Assembly: GCA_000934665.2 (NCBI GenBank)
Contig: JYFJ02001450.1
Span: forward strand, 1 to 64,000
DNA length: 64,000 nt
Direction of reading: 5' to 3'
From: Catajapyx aquilonaris
Taxonomy: Eukaryota
Position 1 is the first letter of the stretch. The number at the start of each line of letters is the position of its first letter. The translations under genes were made by a program, and so were the position numbers. The notes beneath the pieces are model-generated. The model did no database searches and was not told where the DNA came from. It saw only the letters and a list, made by a program, of their open reading frames with translations. Shown here in pieces: positions 42,588 to 53,530 of the stretch.

Positions 42588-44132
42588 ATGGACGAGCCAA
42601 GTGAAGTGTTGGTGTTATCAAAGGAGGACATTGGTCTGTGGCCATTCATCAAGCGACAATATAACCATGTCTTTTTTGATGGCCAAGGTTGTCCCATTTT
42701 CTTTAAATTCCTTTAAGAACCTCTAAAAGTGATTTTGTCCTATCAGATCCTCGGATGATTGAATGGCCTCTGATGGGTCGTCCCTATTTCGTGGTGTCAA
42801 TGTGCTTCTTTTACATCACGTTAGTTTGCTGGATATTACCGTGGTACATGAGGGGACGCGAGCCCATGAAGCTGAAGAAAACAATGATGGTTTATAACCT
42901 GTACCAAGTGTGCTTCAATATTCTTATTATCAGAATGGTGAGGTCCTTTTATGCCATATAATTGCATTTTAATATCGAGGTCAATCACTTATTGCTCTTA
43001 CTCGAGGAAAGATGTATCTGGGCGGATGGTTCAATGGAAATAGCTTCATTTGCCGACCTGTGGATTACAGCGTAACTCCACAAACACTGATTGTAAGGCC
43101 CATGTAACGTGAGGATATCTTGAACAAAGTCTGAATAAGTATGTTTGCTTTTAGACGGTAGCTTCTGTTTGGTGCTATTTCATATCCAGAGCAGTGGATT
43201 GGCTTGACACTGTAAGTTTAACATCACTTCTTTTTGGTAAACGAGTACAAAACGTATTGCATTTTCAGGTGTTTGTGGTGCTAAGAAAGAACTACAAACA
43301 AATTAGCTTCCTGCATGTGGGCCATCACGTATCAATGCCATTTGTGGCGTGGTATGCTGGACGATATCTTGCAGGTGATGAACCAGTCACTGATAAATTG
43401 CCAAAAATTATGCCGACATTTGAATTCTTCTTCCAGTCAGTCAAGCCTCCTTCGTTTGTTTTCTCAACTCTTGCGTACATGTTATCATGTATTCATACTA
43501 CTTTCTTTCCGGGCTTGGTCCCAGATATCAAAAGTATTTGGGATGGAAGAGGTACCTGACACTCATTCAAATAGTGAGTAATAACTCCATTCTTTATTGT
43601 GTAGTAGTATCTCTCTTCTTGCTTCGAGTCAACAATTTCATAAAATCGATTTATCTTCAGATTCAGTTCTTGATCATGATGGCGCATCAATATCAGCTGT
43701 TTTTTGTCGAATGTGAGTATCCGACGTACGCGAGAATGTGGGGATTGGTTGGAGGACCAGTGGCTGTAGTGTTTTTCTACGACTTTTACGTACAGGCGTA
43801 TGTGGAGAAAAGGGCAGGCAGAAAGGTATGACTTAATGACATCATGTGTGTATGTTAAGAATTTGCACCACATTTTCCTCACACGGAAATGCTTTCTGTA
43901 CTTTACCAGAGCTCGTTGGTCCACATGGCTCAAATATTTGGAGAAAAATATGCTTGCTTTCCTGAAGGATCATTTCAGGTAATTATGGGTCATTTCAATT
44001 TTTTTGTACAACAGTCATGCACAATGAGTGGTACGAGTATTAATAATGGGCTTTAAATTACTTTAGGTATTTGAAGAGGATTCGACCCCTAAAGAAGCCA
44101 AAGCGAAGCGGTGTAATAATAACAACAAATAA
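42588..44132 (+). CDS. ELOVL: ELOVL fatty-acid elongase paralogue 4 (~323 aa, 9 coding exons)
   Basis: Exons 42588-42687, 42747-42937, 43012-43092, 43155-43211, 43269-43374, 43437-43573, 43661-43825, 43910-43978, 44067-44132. Motifs: DPRMIEWPLM, RAVDWLDT, HVGHH, NSCVHVIMYSYY, TLIQIIQF. Confidence 0.93.
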
Positions 44133-45901
44133 CATTTTGATTCTGAGACAGGCCTATACTTGTAAACAAAAAAAAACTGGACGCAATGTACGTGGTACTA
44201 CTTCTGATGGATAATATTTTGCGCATTTATACGTAAACGGCACCGTATAGAGTGCCATTTGTGGGATAGTCTGTGAGAAGTGGTACAATCGTTAAGTTCT
44301 CGGAAACGACAAGCGGGAGAAAAACGGAGAAAAATCACAACTTCAAAGTCTTACAACTAGAACTAAATACGATAATAGTTAGATATGGTGTATTTACAGT
44401 TGTATGGCTTATATTCACATTTCATTTTCACTTTCTGGATATTTATATACCCTATTACTTCACTCCTGTAAGCCAGAATCAGGAAACAATAATGATGTCT
44501 ACGTCAATGGAGATATGTAATTATGCAACTGCTGACGTTAGTTTGACGTTATAATTACGATTATCCGAAACATAAAAAATTTGCGTGAAGTCAGTGTTCG
44601 CGAGGGGGGGAAATGCGTTGTATTTTACATCAAGAAGAGGGCTCGAAGTTATCATTTCAGGTGGCCTTCCAAGTTTCACAACCGCAGGATAATGATAAAA
44701 ATAATAATAATTTAGTCACAGAAGCGTGCAGAGAATTGCTTTTGCATACATTGCAGACTAATGAAGAGCTAATTCAAAACAGAATTGCGCATATGGGACT
44801 TGTGACTCATGAAAACCTTGCGTGACCTTTCTTACCTCTTCTTTGCCATTTGATCGAAACTCGTCTAATGAATTACGGTATTTACCATTCTTCTTTGTTT
44901 AATCTACACAAAAAATTATATGCAGGATGTGCAGTTTTGTGTTCAATCCACTATTTACAATTTATTTAAAGTGGCTGAATAACTCGAAGATATTATGAAA
45001 CAGGATTATCAGCACTTCACGATTGCTATAAAAAGGTACTTTACATACTGCATTAGTTTATGTGACATTTAAGTTGATCGTAGTAGAATATAGTTTGTTC
45101 TTTTGAGACTCGTGAAGCCTAGTTACAACATTAAACACAGTAGGTCGTAAAATAATGTGAGCTATTTTTGTCCATATCATTCGTGAGAACATGTCTTTAA
45201 CGGATGTGTTTGCCTGCCCGATTCATTTACTTATATTACTCAAGCCCAAGTGAAATGCTACCACTTTAACACAGTATGATGGGCCTCTTCCAAATATCGG
45301 CTGCCGGTGCTTTAAATATGCACACGTGTCTTCAAAATGCGGCCCCAGGGCACTATATGGAAATGCCTTGCAACTTTTCCTGATGTTTCCCAGCGGCAAT
45401 TGCAGCCTGCCAAAATTTGAGTCATTTGAGTGTATATTTTTACCTCTTGCGCCTTTATAGGGATTGTGTTAAACAGGTACTGTACACAGGTGATGACCCG
45501 AGTATTACCAATATTATTATCTAGTTCTAGTATCTTTCCCAGTTTCGTTGCATGCAATAAAATCTTTTGATTAGGATATGATGACGTCAAAAACAGCACT
45601 CGTTGTCTTCCTCATGTCGTGTTTCTCGTGTTTATTTTTTCCGATGGAAAGTATTTATTAACCCTCCAGGTAGTACAAGTTACCCATTTGTGCGTTCAAG
45701 GACCTAGAATGACGTACATAGGGGTTTCCCCCATCTCCAAATCCCCACCCACTCGAGGCATTCGAACTCGCAATAGTTATGCAAGTTCGCAGCCTGACAA
45801 GAATGCTGGTAGAGGTCACTACCTCACTAACTAGTCTGTGGAAAAACCGGGAAAAACAGTTCATCTCACGTTTCGAACGATTACCAACAAAATTCGTTAT
45901 A

Positions 45902-46342
45902 CAGGGTGTATCAGAACTCTACCGTAAGCTATGTGCCAATGGCATAAGGGGCACCAGAGCATCATTATAATATGTAGAGGGGTCATCATGTCTAGGCAGC
46001 CTCATTACGGAGATAATTGCCTTCAAACACGTAGTACAAAGTATCCTGGGAGGTATGGAAACCTTCAGCCCCGACATCGCATCACTCGTGAAAATAGCAG
46101 CTTTTCCATTTAGCTACTAGCATGTCGCATGTGTACTGCATGTCGCATGTGATCTGTGACAATTTGTGACAATCTGTGACAATCTGTGACAATCACTCTT
46201 AGGCCCAATTTCTAAATCGCAAATGATCAATTATCTCAGTAATGAGGCTGCCCAGACATAATGACTCCTCTACATTAATTGATCCCCTGGTGCCCATTAA
46301 GCCATTGGCATATGGCTTACGGTAGAGTTTTGATACACCCTG
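45902..46342. mobile_element. Tc1/mariner-type MITE (CAGGGTG termini, TA TSD)
   Basis: TIRs of about 115 bp with TA at 45900-01 and 46343-44. Internal TGTGACAATC tandem copies lie at about 46155-46195. Confidence 0.85.
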
Positions 46343-47690
46343 TATAAAAATATTTTTTGTAATATGCATAAGGGCCGGTACTTTGCACAATGTGCAAAGT
46401 ACCGGCCCTTATGCCGGTCATTATGCCGTAAAAATTAACCTTAGTACCATATCAAAATATCTAGGGTACTAAGCTGCTTCCTTTTGGGCAGTTACGTTCA
46501 GTGGTTATTGAAACGATTTTGTGCTAATAATTAGTCGAATTGAGTCATTTATCCAAGATGTGAATTGAAATACATTCCGGAGAGGAATGGCCCGTTAAAA
46601 CAATTAGCATCAAACAATTACAGAACCTTCTTTCCAGGTCAAACCCCCTTTTGAAGACAAGTGACATACCAGATAAGGAATTAACTAGGTATATTTTTAT
46701 TTTGCTTTAAAAAATATGCAGTACAGGCCTTTTCGACGATTCATTTGTTGACTTCGAAAAGCTATAATATCGCCACCTTTGTTATGAACCATCGAAAGAT
46801 ATTTTGTTTCCAAAATGATGTGATGTCTGTATTTACCAAAGTCATGCATAAGGATGACCTTGAGTAATTACAGTACTTCATGAAGGGTAATGGATTTCAC
46901 CTGATCGAACATACCGGTAATTGAAGGAGACCATAACAAAATTCCCTTATACAGTTAGTGCGGTATTCAGTATACTTTATGCCTTTATGGAAAGTAAAAC
47001 AGATTCAGGTAGAGCACGAAATGGACTATCCAGATAATTATATTATCTCATTTATCTGTAACATTCTTTTTTTTCTTTTGGATCATAATTATGTGCAGAA
47101 CCCGATTTCCTCATTTTCCTCTCAAGATGGTATATAAATTGGTAGGTTTACCTTACTGAATAAGAAAATCAGTTGCTTCGGTAAGATTTACACAGTCAGT
47201 CTTCTCTGTCTTATTGAAAAAATCTGGCAGACTAACCTTGCTCACAGGGTGACATGAAAAGGACACTGACGATTGAGAAACAAGGTTTATAGTGGAGCAT
47301 TGCTTACGTTTCATTTAATTTGTATTTTCTACGTATGTACGTACGAGTATGTATATAATTTGCATGATTTTGTATGTATCATTTGTATGTAAAGTCACGA
47401 TCTACCGTGATTTCGTAATGAGTCTTATTTATATTCAGAGAGTGATTTAGCTCTGTCCTGTCAAGTTCAAAATTCCATCATATCTGAAAACTTCGAAATG
47501 TTGTCAGTCATATTATTATTTGCTAAGTTCTCTAGGAAGACCAAAAAATAATGTAGGTTATACAGGTACAGTACTGTATACCTCACTTTATATCATTTCC
47601 CATCTAAATGTATGATAAACAGAAGTCCTTATATAAATGAAATATGAGTCAATAATATTTATTAGTCTTGACAATATACTCGCTAGTCCA

Positions 47691-47766
47691 ATGGTGGTAT
47701 TCCATCCCCCTAAGGGAGCCAAAAGGCTCCAGCACGGATTATCAAATGATTAAAAAATTTCAAAAA
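47691..47766 (+). mobile_element. 76-bp 5'-truncated retroposon insertion with 15-bp TSD
   Basis: ATACTCGCTAGTCCA occurs at 47676-47690 and 47767-47781. The insert has a GGAGCC-AAAA-GGCTCC stem-loop and an A-rich end. Confidence 0.75.
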
Positions 47767-48333
47767 ATACTCGCTAGTCCAGGGAGATTCACCTTCCAAG
47801 ACTGCACATGAGCAATGCAAGGTTCTACTGGAAGAATTGATAATGTTGACACGCTGCATACGTACATTGGAAAGAGTCTAACAGAAAGGCATAATTACGA
47901 TTTAAGAGCAAACAAAAAATTAACCAAAATCATCACATGTTGAAACTCCTGTGCACCCTGCCAGAGTTTTATTTTTAAAATGCGTATATTTGTTTAGCAA
48001 TGAAGTTGTAGCGATGCTAATTACACTCTGTAGACAGTTGGTGAATGCATTGAGCCCTCTAGGGTCTTCCCCAATTAAACTTCCTTTGATCAAACCCATA
48101 CGCTAACAAAACAATGTCAGAAGTGTGACGATGAAACATTAAACTTTAAAAGTGAATGCACATACTATATGTATTCAGCACATGCACTCGCCGGGATCAT
48201 TATTGAAGCTTGCTTACATTGGATGGCATATGACGTCAGTTACGATAATTATATTGTCAACAGTCTCATTTTAAGTTTAGCACATACCTATTCACCTTCA
48301 ATATTGTTAATGATAAATTTTGAGAATAAACTA

Positions 48334-48358
48334 TAATAATAATATTATTATTATAATA

Positions 48359-48431
<73 letters not shown>

Positions 48432-48695
48432 TCATACCTCGTTATCAGCCATCGGCTCTTTAGGGGGGAAGTTTGTTTTGCCTGGAACTCTTTGCTTTCA
48501 TTTTTACTGAGCTCTTTGGGATAGAATAGGGACGGAAGGAAGCGGCTGTGGCCTATTAATTACGGAAACAACTCCGGAATTTTCGTGGGAAACCACAGAA
48601 AACCACGGTCAGAATTGCCGGCCCCGGGATTTGATCCCAGGACCTCCCGATTAGCAGTCGGACACCATAGCCCCTCCTCCAAACTGCTTCGGTCA
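48334..48695 (-). mobile_element. Full-length tRNA-derived SINE with (ATT)n tail and 12-bp TSD
   Basis: The minus-strand head has an A-box-like TGGAGGAGGGG and a B-box-like GGATCAAATCC. The body reads GTGGTTTTCTGTGGTTTCCC...AGGCCACAGCCGCTTCCTTCC and the tail spans 48334-48431. The TSD GAGAATAAACTA is at 48322-48333 and 48696-48707. Confidence 0.88.
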
Positions 48696-48761
48696 GAGAA
48701 TAAACTAATACTCATATTCGTTCTTAATTGGCGGACACCACTTTAAAAATAGTTATCTAGG

Positions 48762-49091
48762 AAAGGACATGGCACAAAATGTATGGGCCAGTGCCCTTTC
48801 GTTCGATTTGCCTGAAAATATATTGGATATGTTGTAGCCCAGACCATCCTGATCAATGTTGGATAGGGACATTTCGAGGTAGGACCTACAGGGAGCGTGC
48901 TAATGACCTCAGAAGGTAATATAGGGAGTATAGTAACTACTCCCCATATTATATTAGCACGCTCCCTGTAGGTCCTACCTCGAAATGTCCCTATCCAACA
49001 TTGATCAGGATGGTCTAGGCTACAACATATCCCATTTTCAGGCAAATCGAACGGAAGGGCACTGGCCCATACATTTTGTGCCATGTCTTTT
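48762..49091. mobile_element. Young fold-back MITE (~140-bp near-identical arms)
   Basis: GACATGGCACAAAATGTATGGGCCAGTGCCC...GGGAGCGTGCTAAT is mirrored at about 48952-49091, with a small inner hairpin in the spacer. Confidence 0.88.
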
Positions 49092-50936
49092 TGGTAAACG
49101 TGTATTATTATTTTGTCCATACATATAATGTATATAATTATGATGTATAATGGTCCTCGCGTTAAGTAGGTTTTAAAATTGTTTAATTATAAGATAGTCT
49201 TGAGATATCTATATCCATTTTGACCCACGCCTTAGGCAGTAGCCCATGTGACGTCCCATTATCTCAAGGTCATGTAACAGTCAAGGCCTTCTACGTAATT
49301 GATCAACTATAGAACACATCCGAATGCCTGTCATCATGAAATAGCTATTTGCAGGTGCCACCTGGAAAACCCCTCTTGCAAAGAATGCTCTTATTCATAG
49401 CCAGGAATGACTGTATTGATATCTGCTTAGGTTACCACTGTAGCACATCTATAGTATACACATCTTGCTTGTATTAGCGCACTGATATCAACCAAACTGT
49501 AAAAAGGTAGTACACTGTTTGCATTCGGCACATGCATTATTGCGCTCCAGTATAAAAAGTTTAAACCGGTACCGACAGGTGTCCTTGAAAGCCCCTTCTC
49601 TAAATAATGGAGCAGTATAGGCTAACTAACGCATTTTCAAGGTCCAAGTAGGGCTATATTGCAGATATTCAACTTCTTTGATTTTGGAAAATCCCCGTTG
49701 AGAACAATGACGACAGTTTCGTCTCTTACTCATCCAAGTGTTGGGGACTTTTCCTTTGTGCTCATCTTGTGAGTGTGTTTATACAGCATAGGTGTGTATG
49801 AAAGGCAAGGCTGCTTCCTTTCCGTATACGTTTAGCATGAGGCCGTTTTGTGCGGCCAGGGGGTACTTCAAACTCATCATGGAGTGACAAATGTCGCAAT
49901 CTGGAGCTATTTTGCGCCTCAGTAATACGGCATTTTTTTTCTAATTACTTCGTATTCGTATGACCATACCGACAATGACCAAAGAAGCTGCTGCGTGGTT
50001 GTGCTGTTGTAAATTATAGGGAAACTTTTCATCACTGCCACTTTTACGGACACTTAGACCTCACCCTTCTATGTACTTTCCGTGCTGTCTGCGCAATACC
50101 TTGAACTTGTACAGTATATGGTCCGATCCATTGATTGACTTTCCTGTCCTTTATTAGTAGTTTTTTTTAAAAATTATGCAGCAAGTGAGCAGCTCACGCC
50201 AGAAATAAATGTCACATAGTAAATTAAAAAACTTTTATATGCCGCTCACTCTTATAGCTGGGATTAACTTAGGGACATTTTAGTGTTCTCTGAATTAATT
50301 GTATTGATTACTATTATTAGCAGACAACTTTCAGATGGCCTTAATCCAGTCATTGCTTTACTAATGTGTATTCCTGAGGAGCGAGCCATATATAAATAAG
50401 GGCAAACTTTCCCAAGCACAGCTGGCACGTTCCACGGGTTCAACAAAAACTGCTTAATGTAAAAGTGACTTGCAGTGTGAAAATTTTCAAATATATAAAG
50501 CAATACCACTGCGATATTTAAATTCACTTATAAAAATCCCATAAGTTCACCTAACAGGCGAAAGGTTCCTTCCCATACCTGTAATTAGTACAAAGGATAC
50601 AGATTTTAAGTAAGCTTGGAATTAAATGCATTTAAGTGTCTTAATATACCTGTAAATGGAGTAAAAAAGTACAGCTGACGAGTAAATAGTGAACTAAAGT
50701 GGGTAGCTTTAACTCGACACCATAAGCATATGGTCACTGTGCATGAATAATTACCTGATTTAAGTACTTGAGAATAATTTAAAAAATTGTCCCGAAAAAA
50801 ACCTCGCTCATAATAAAGTGACGATACTGATGTGGGAGGAGTCTTCTCCTGGTCTTCTCGCTTACTCATCAAGAGACTCCTCGGACTTTTCCCAATGCTC
50901 ATCTGGTGAGGTAAATTTAGTATCAGGCTGGCTTGC

Positions 50937-52552
50937 ATGGCCATCGGCTCTGGAGTCTCACTGACCGACATCAACATGGACGGACAGCTATCGCCATCAC
51001 CAGTTCACATGCACCAAAATTCTACGAGACTTTTAAACTTCATCCAGAATCAATATGACTACGTGCTATTTGATAATGAAGGTAAGTGTACTAATTTCAC
51101 TTCTTGGAATTTTTGAGAATAGACTGTGTCTGCATGTTTTAATGTTAAATATTTAAAATATCTAAATGTAAAAATTTTAGATCCTCGATATATGGAATTG
51201 CCGTTGATTCATCATGCTTACCTCATTGTGGCCGCATCTTTTGGGTACATATTCTTGGTATGTTGGGTTTTGCCCAAGGTCATGGTTGGTCGACAACCTT
51301 TCAAGATGAAGAAAGTAATAATGATTTATAATGCGGTTCAAGTTGTTCTCAACATTTGGATAGTGAGTCTGGTAAGTGGAATTGGCAGAAATAAACTATT
51401 TTAATAACCAAGGACTATATCGCACTTGAATAATATTCTTCTTCCTTGCAGAGTGTCCGAGGAGGCTGGTTTAATGGTTACAGCTTTAGGTGTCAGCCAG
51501 TCGATTATTCGAGAAATCCGAAGGCCATGCTTGTATAAACCTTATTACAATAAGTGCTACATTTGCTAATAAGAAAGTCAATTTATGATTGTTTTTTTTA
51601 TTCAGATGGTGAGCAGCGGCTGGTGGTTTTTCATTGCCAAGATCCTTGACTGGTTAGATACGGTAAGCCTGTCATTTATACATATCTTTAGCTATAATGA
51701 TAAAAGTGGTCCTTGCAGATTTTCTTCATGCTGCGTAAAAGTTACGGGCAAGTTACCTTCCTGCATGTTACCCATCACGCAGGCATGCCTTTTTGTACGT
51801 GGTACGGCCTGAAATTTATCGGAGGTTAGAATTTATTTTGGAGTCTATTAGCCTAATACAAGTCAGACCCGTTTTTCATCATTTTTCCATTTCTTTGTTA
51901 TCAGGTGGTCAAACGTCATTTGTGGCGCTGTGCAACTCTTTCGTACATGTTTTAATGTATTTTTATTACTTGCTGTCTGGGATGGGCTACCAAAAATACC
52001 TATGGTGGAAGAAGTACCTAACAGTGGTCCAGATGGTAAGTAACGGCACGTACTGACCTACTATGGCCGTTGAATTGTTGGATGTGGATTAATTTCACTT
52101 AATTCTTCGCGGTGCAGGTCCAGTTCGTTCTTTTGACGTTGCATCAGTTCCAGTTGTTCTTTGTTGAGTGTGATTACCCGACATACCCCAGGATGTGGGC
52201 CCTGTTAGGAGGACCAGCGGCTTTTATATTTTTTTACGACTTTTACGTCCAAGCTTACAAACACAACGTGACCAAGGTAGGAATCTCTGGTCATTATAAT
52301 TATTTTTGATTCATAACTAATGCAAATTTCTTTCAGGTCTCATTTATAACTAGAGTGACTCGCCTGTATGGCAAGAGTTATGCCTGTATTAAGTCTGAAG
52401 TCAACTTTCACAGGGTAAGGAACTATCTTACTTGCATATGAGACTTTAGACGCGAAACTAAATTTTTATATTTTTGACAGAATGGCGAATCGAAAAGTTC
52501 ATCGTATAAAACTGAAAAGGACTTTCCCAGGTTGACATCGAATATATCATAG
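50937..52552 (+). CDS. ELOVL: ELOVL fatty-acid elongase paralogue 5 (~339 aa; 326 aa if it starts at 50976)
   Basis: Exons 50937-51081, 51181-51371, 51452-51532, 51606-51662, 51719-51824, 51905-52035, 52118-52276, 52337-52414, 52481-52552. Motifs: CQPVDYS, KILDWLDT, HVTHH, NSFVHVLMYFYY, KYLWWKKYLTVVQ. Confidence 0.95.
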
Positions 52553-53530
52553 AAATCATTGATTTAAGACAAATAAACCTGAAAATCACATTGTTTGCAT
52601 ATAGTATTATCCGCTTTGTTTTGGTTTGTTTGTCTTTGATACTTTGCATACACAAGGGGTTGGAATTTAGAAAGAAGTAATCACTGTGATTTAATAGTCT
52701 TACTTGACCTCCAACATGTGTAAAAAAATCACACAATAAATAAAAGACTATTTTCTGACTGTTCTGACATGTATTTTTCTATTTCCATATAATATTACAT
52801 TCCGTAATTTGAAGATTACTAATTTTTTATTCACCAGGGTGTTCAAACACTACTATTATTTCAGAATCGCCAAATTTTCTGTCCGGCACAAAGAGCCTTT
52901 TAATTGCATATCAGAAACGATTATTATTTGGCTGCAGTTTATTTTAACATTCGCCGCTGCTATGTACTGCAGTATTATGCAGTGGGAAGGTGTAAAATAA
53001 ATTCAGGGAATTTTGCAGCATGTGGCTGGAATGCAAAAAATTTCGATCGATAAGCAGTACTCGCAAAATACCTGTGACGAACTAGGTCCCATCCCTTACT
53101 TATTTACATTGATTATCTGTTCTGACGATATTCCGTCCACCCATTTAAAAAATGCTGCTACAATATTCTCACCTGATATTCGTATTAGTTCATCTCCACA
53201 TTCCACGTGTCCTAATAAGGTGAATTACATAATAAAACATGCATGTCCAATTCAACCTATTTATTATGATCGATTTTTTCCCAGTTGCATGCCAATCCCT
53301 TATTGAAAGGTGACAAAAAAAATTTGTTGACTCTGAACTACACCACATGAAGAGAGCAATATGTGACTAGCAACAACCAAGCAGGTGCGTCATTAGCGGG
53401 AGGACGTACAGTAAAATGTGGTGTTGAGCAAGAAAGAAAGGTTGTCAAAGGAGGCAAACCACCGCATCAAGAAGGGGTCGGCCCAAAATAATATTAAACG
53501 TACAGCTGGACCCGATGCAAGACCATCTCT

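Noticed and set aside
46120..46195. Short repeated units suggestive of a CRISPR-like array
   Set aside because: They are contiguous 10-nt tandem repeats without spacers, inside a MITE in a eukaryotic context.
48620..48695. tRNA-like sequence on the minus strand
   Set aside because: It has degenerate boxes, a non-tRNA body, a simple-repeat tail and a TSD, so it is a SINE head and not a tRNA gene.
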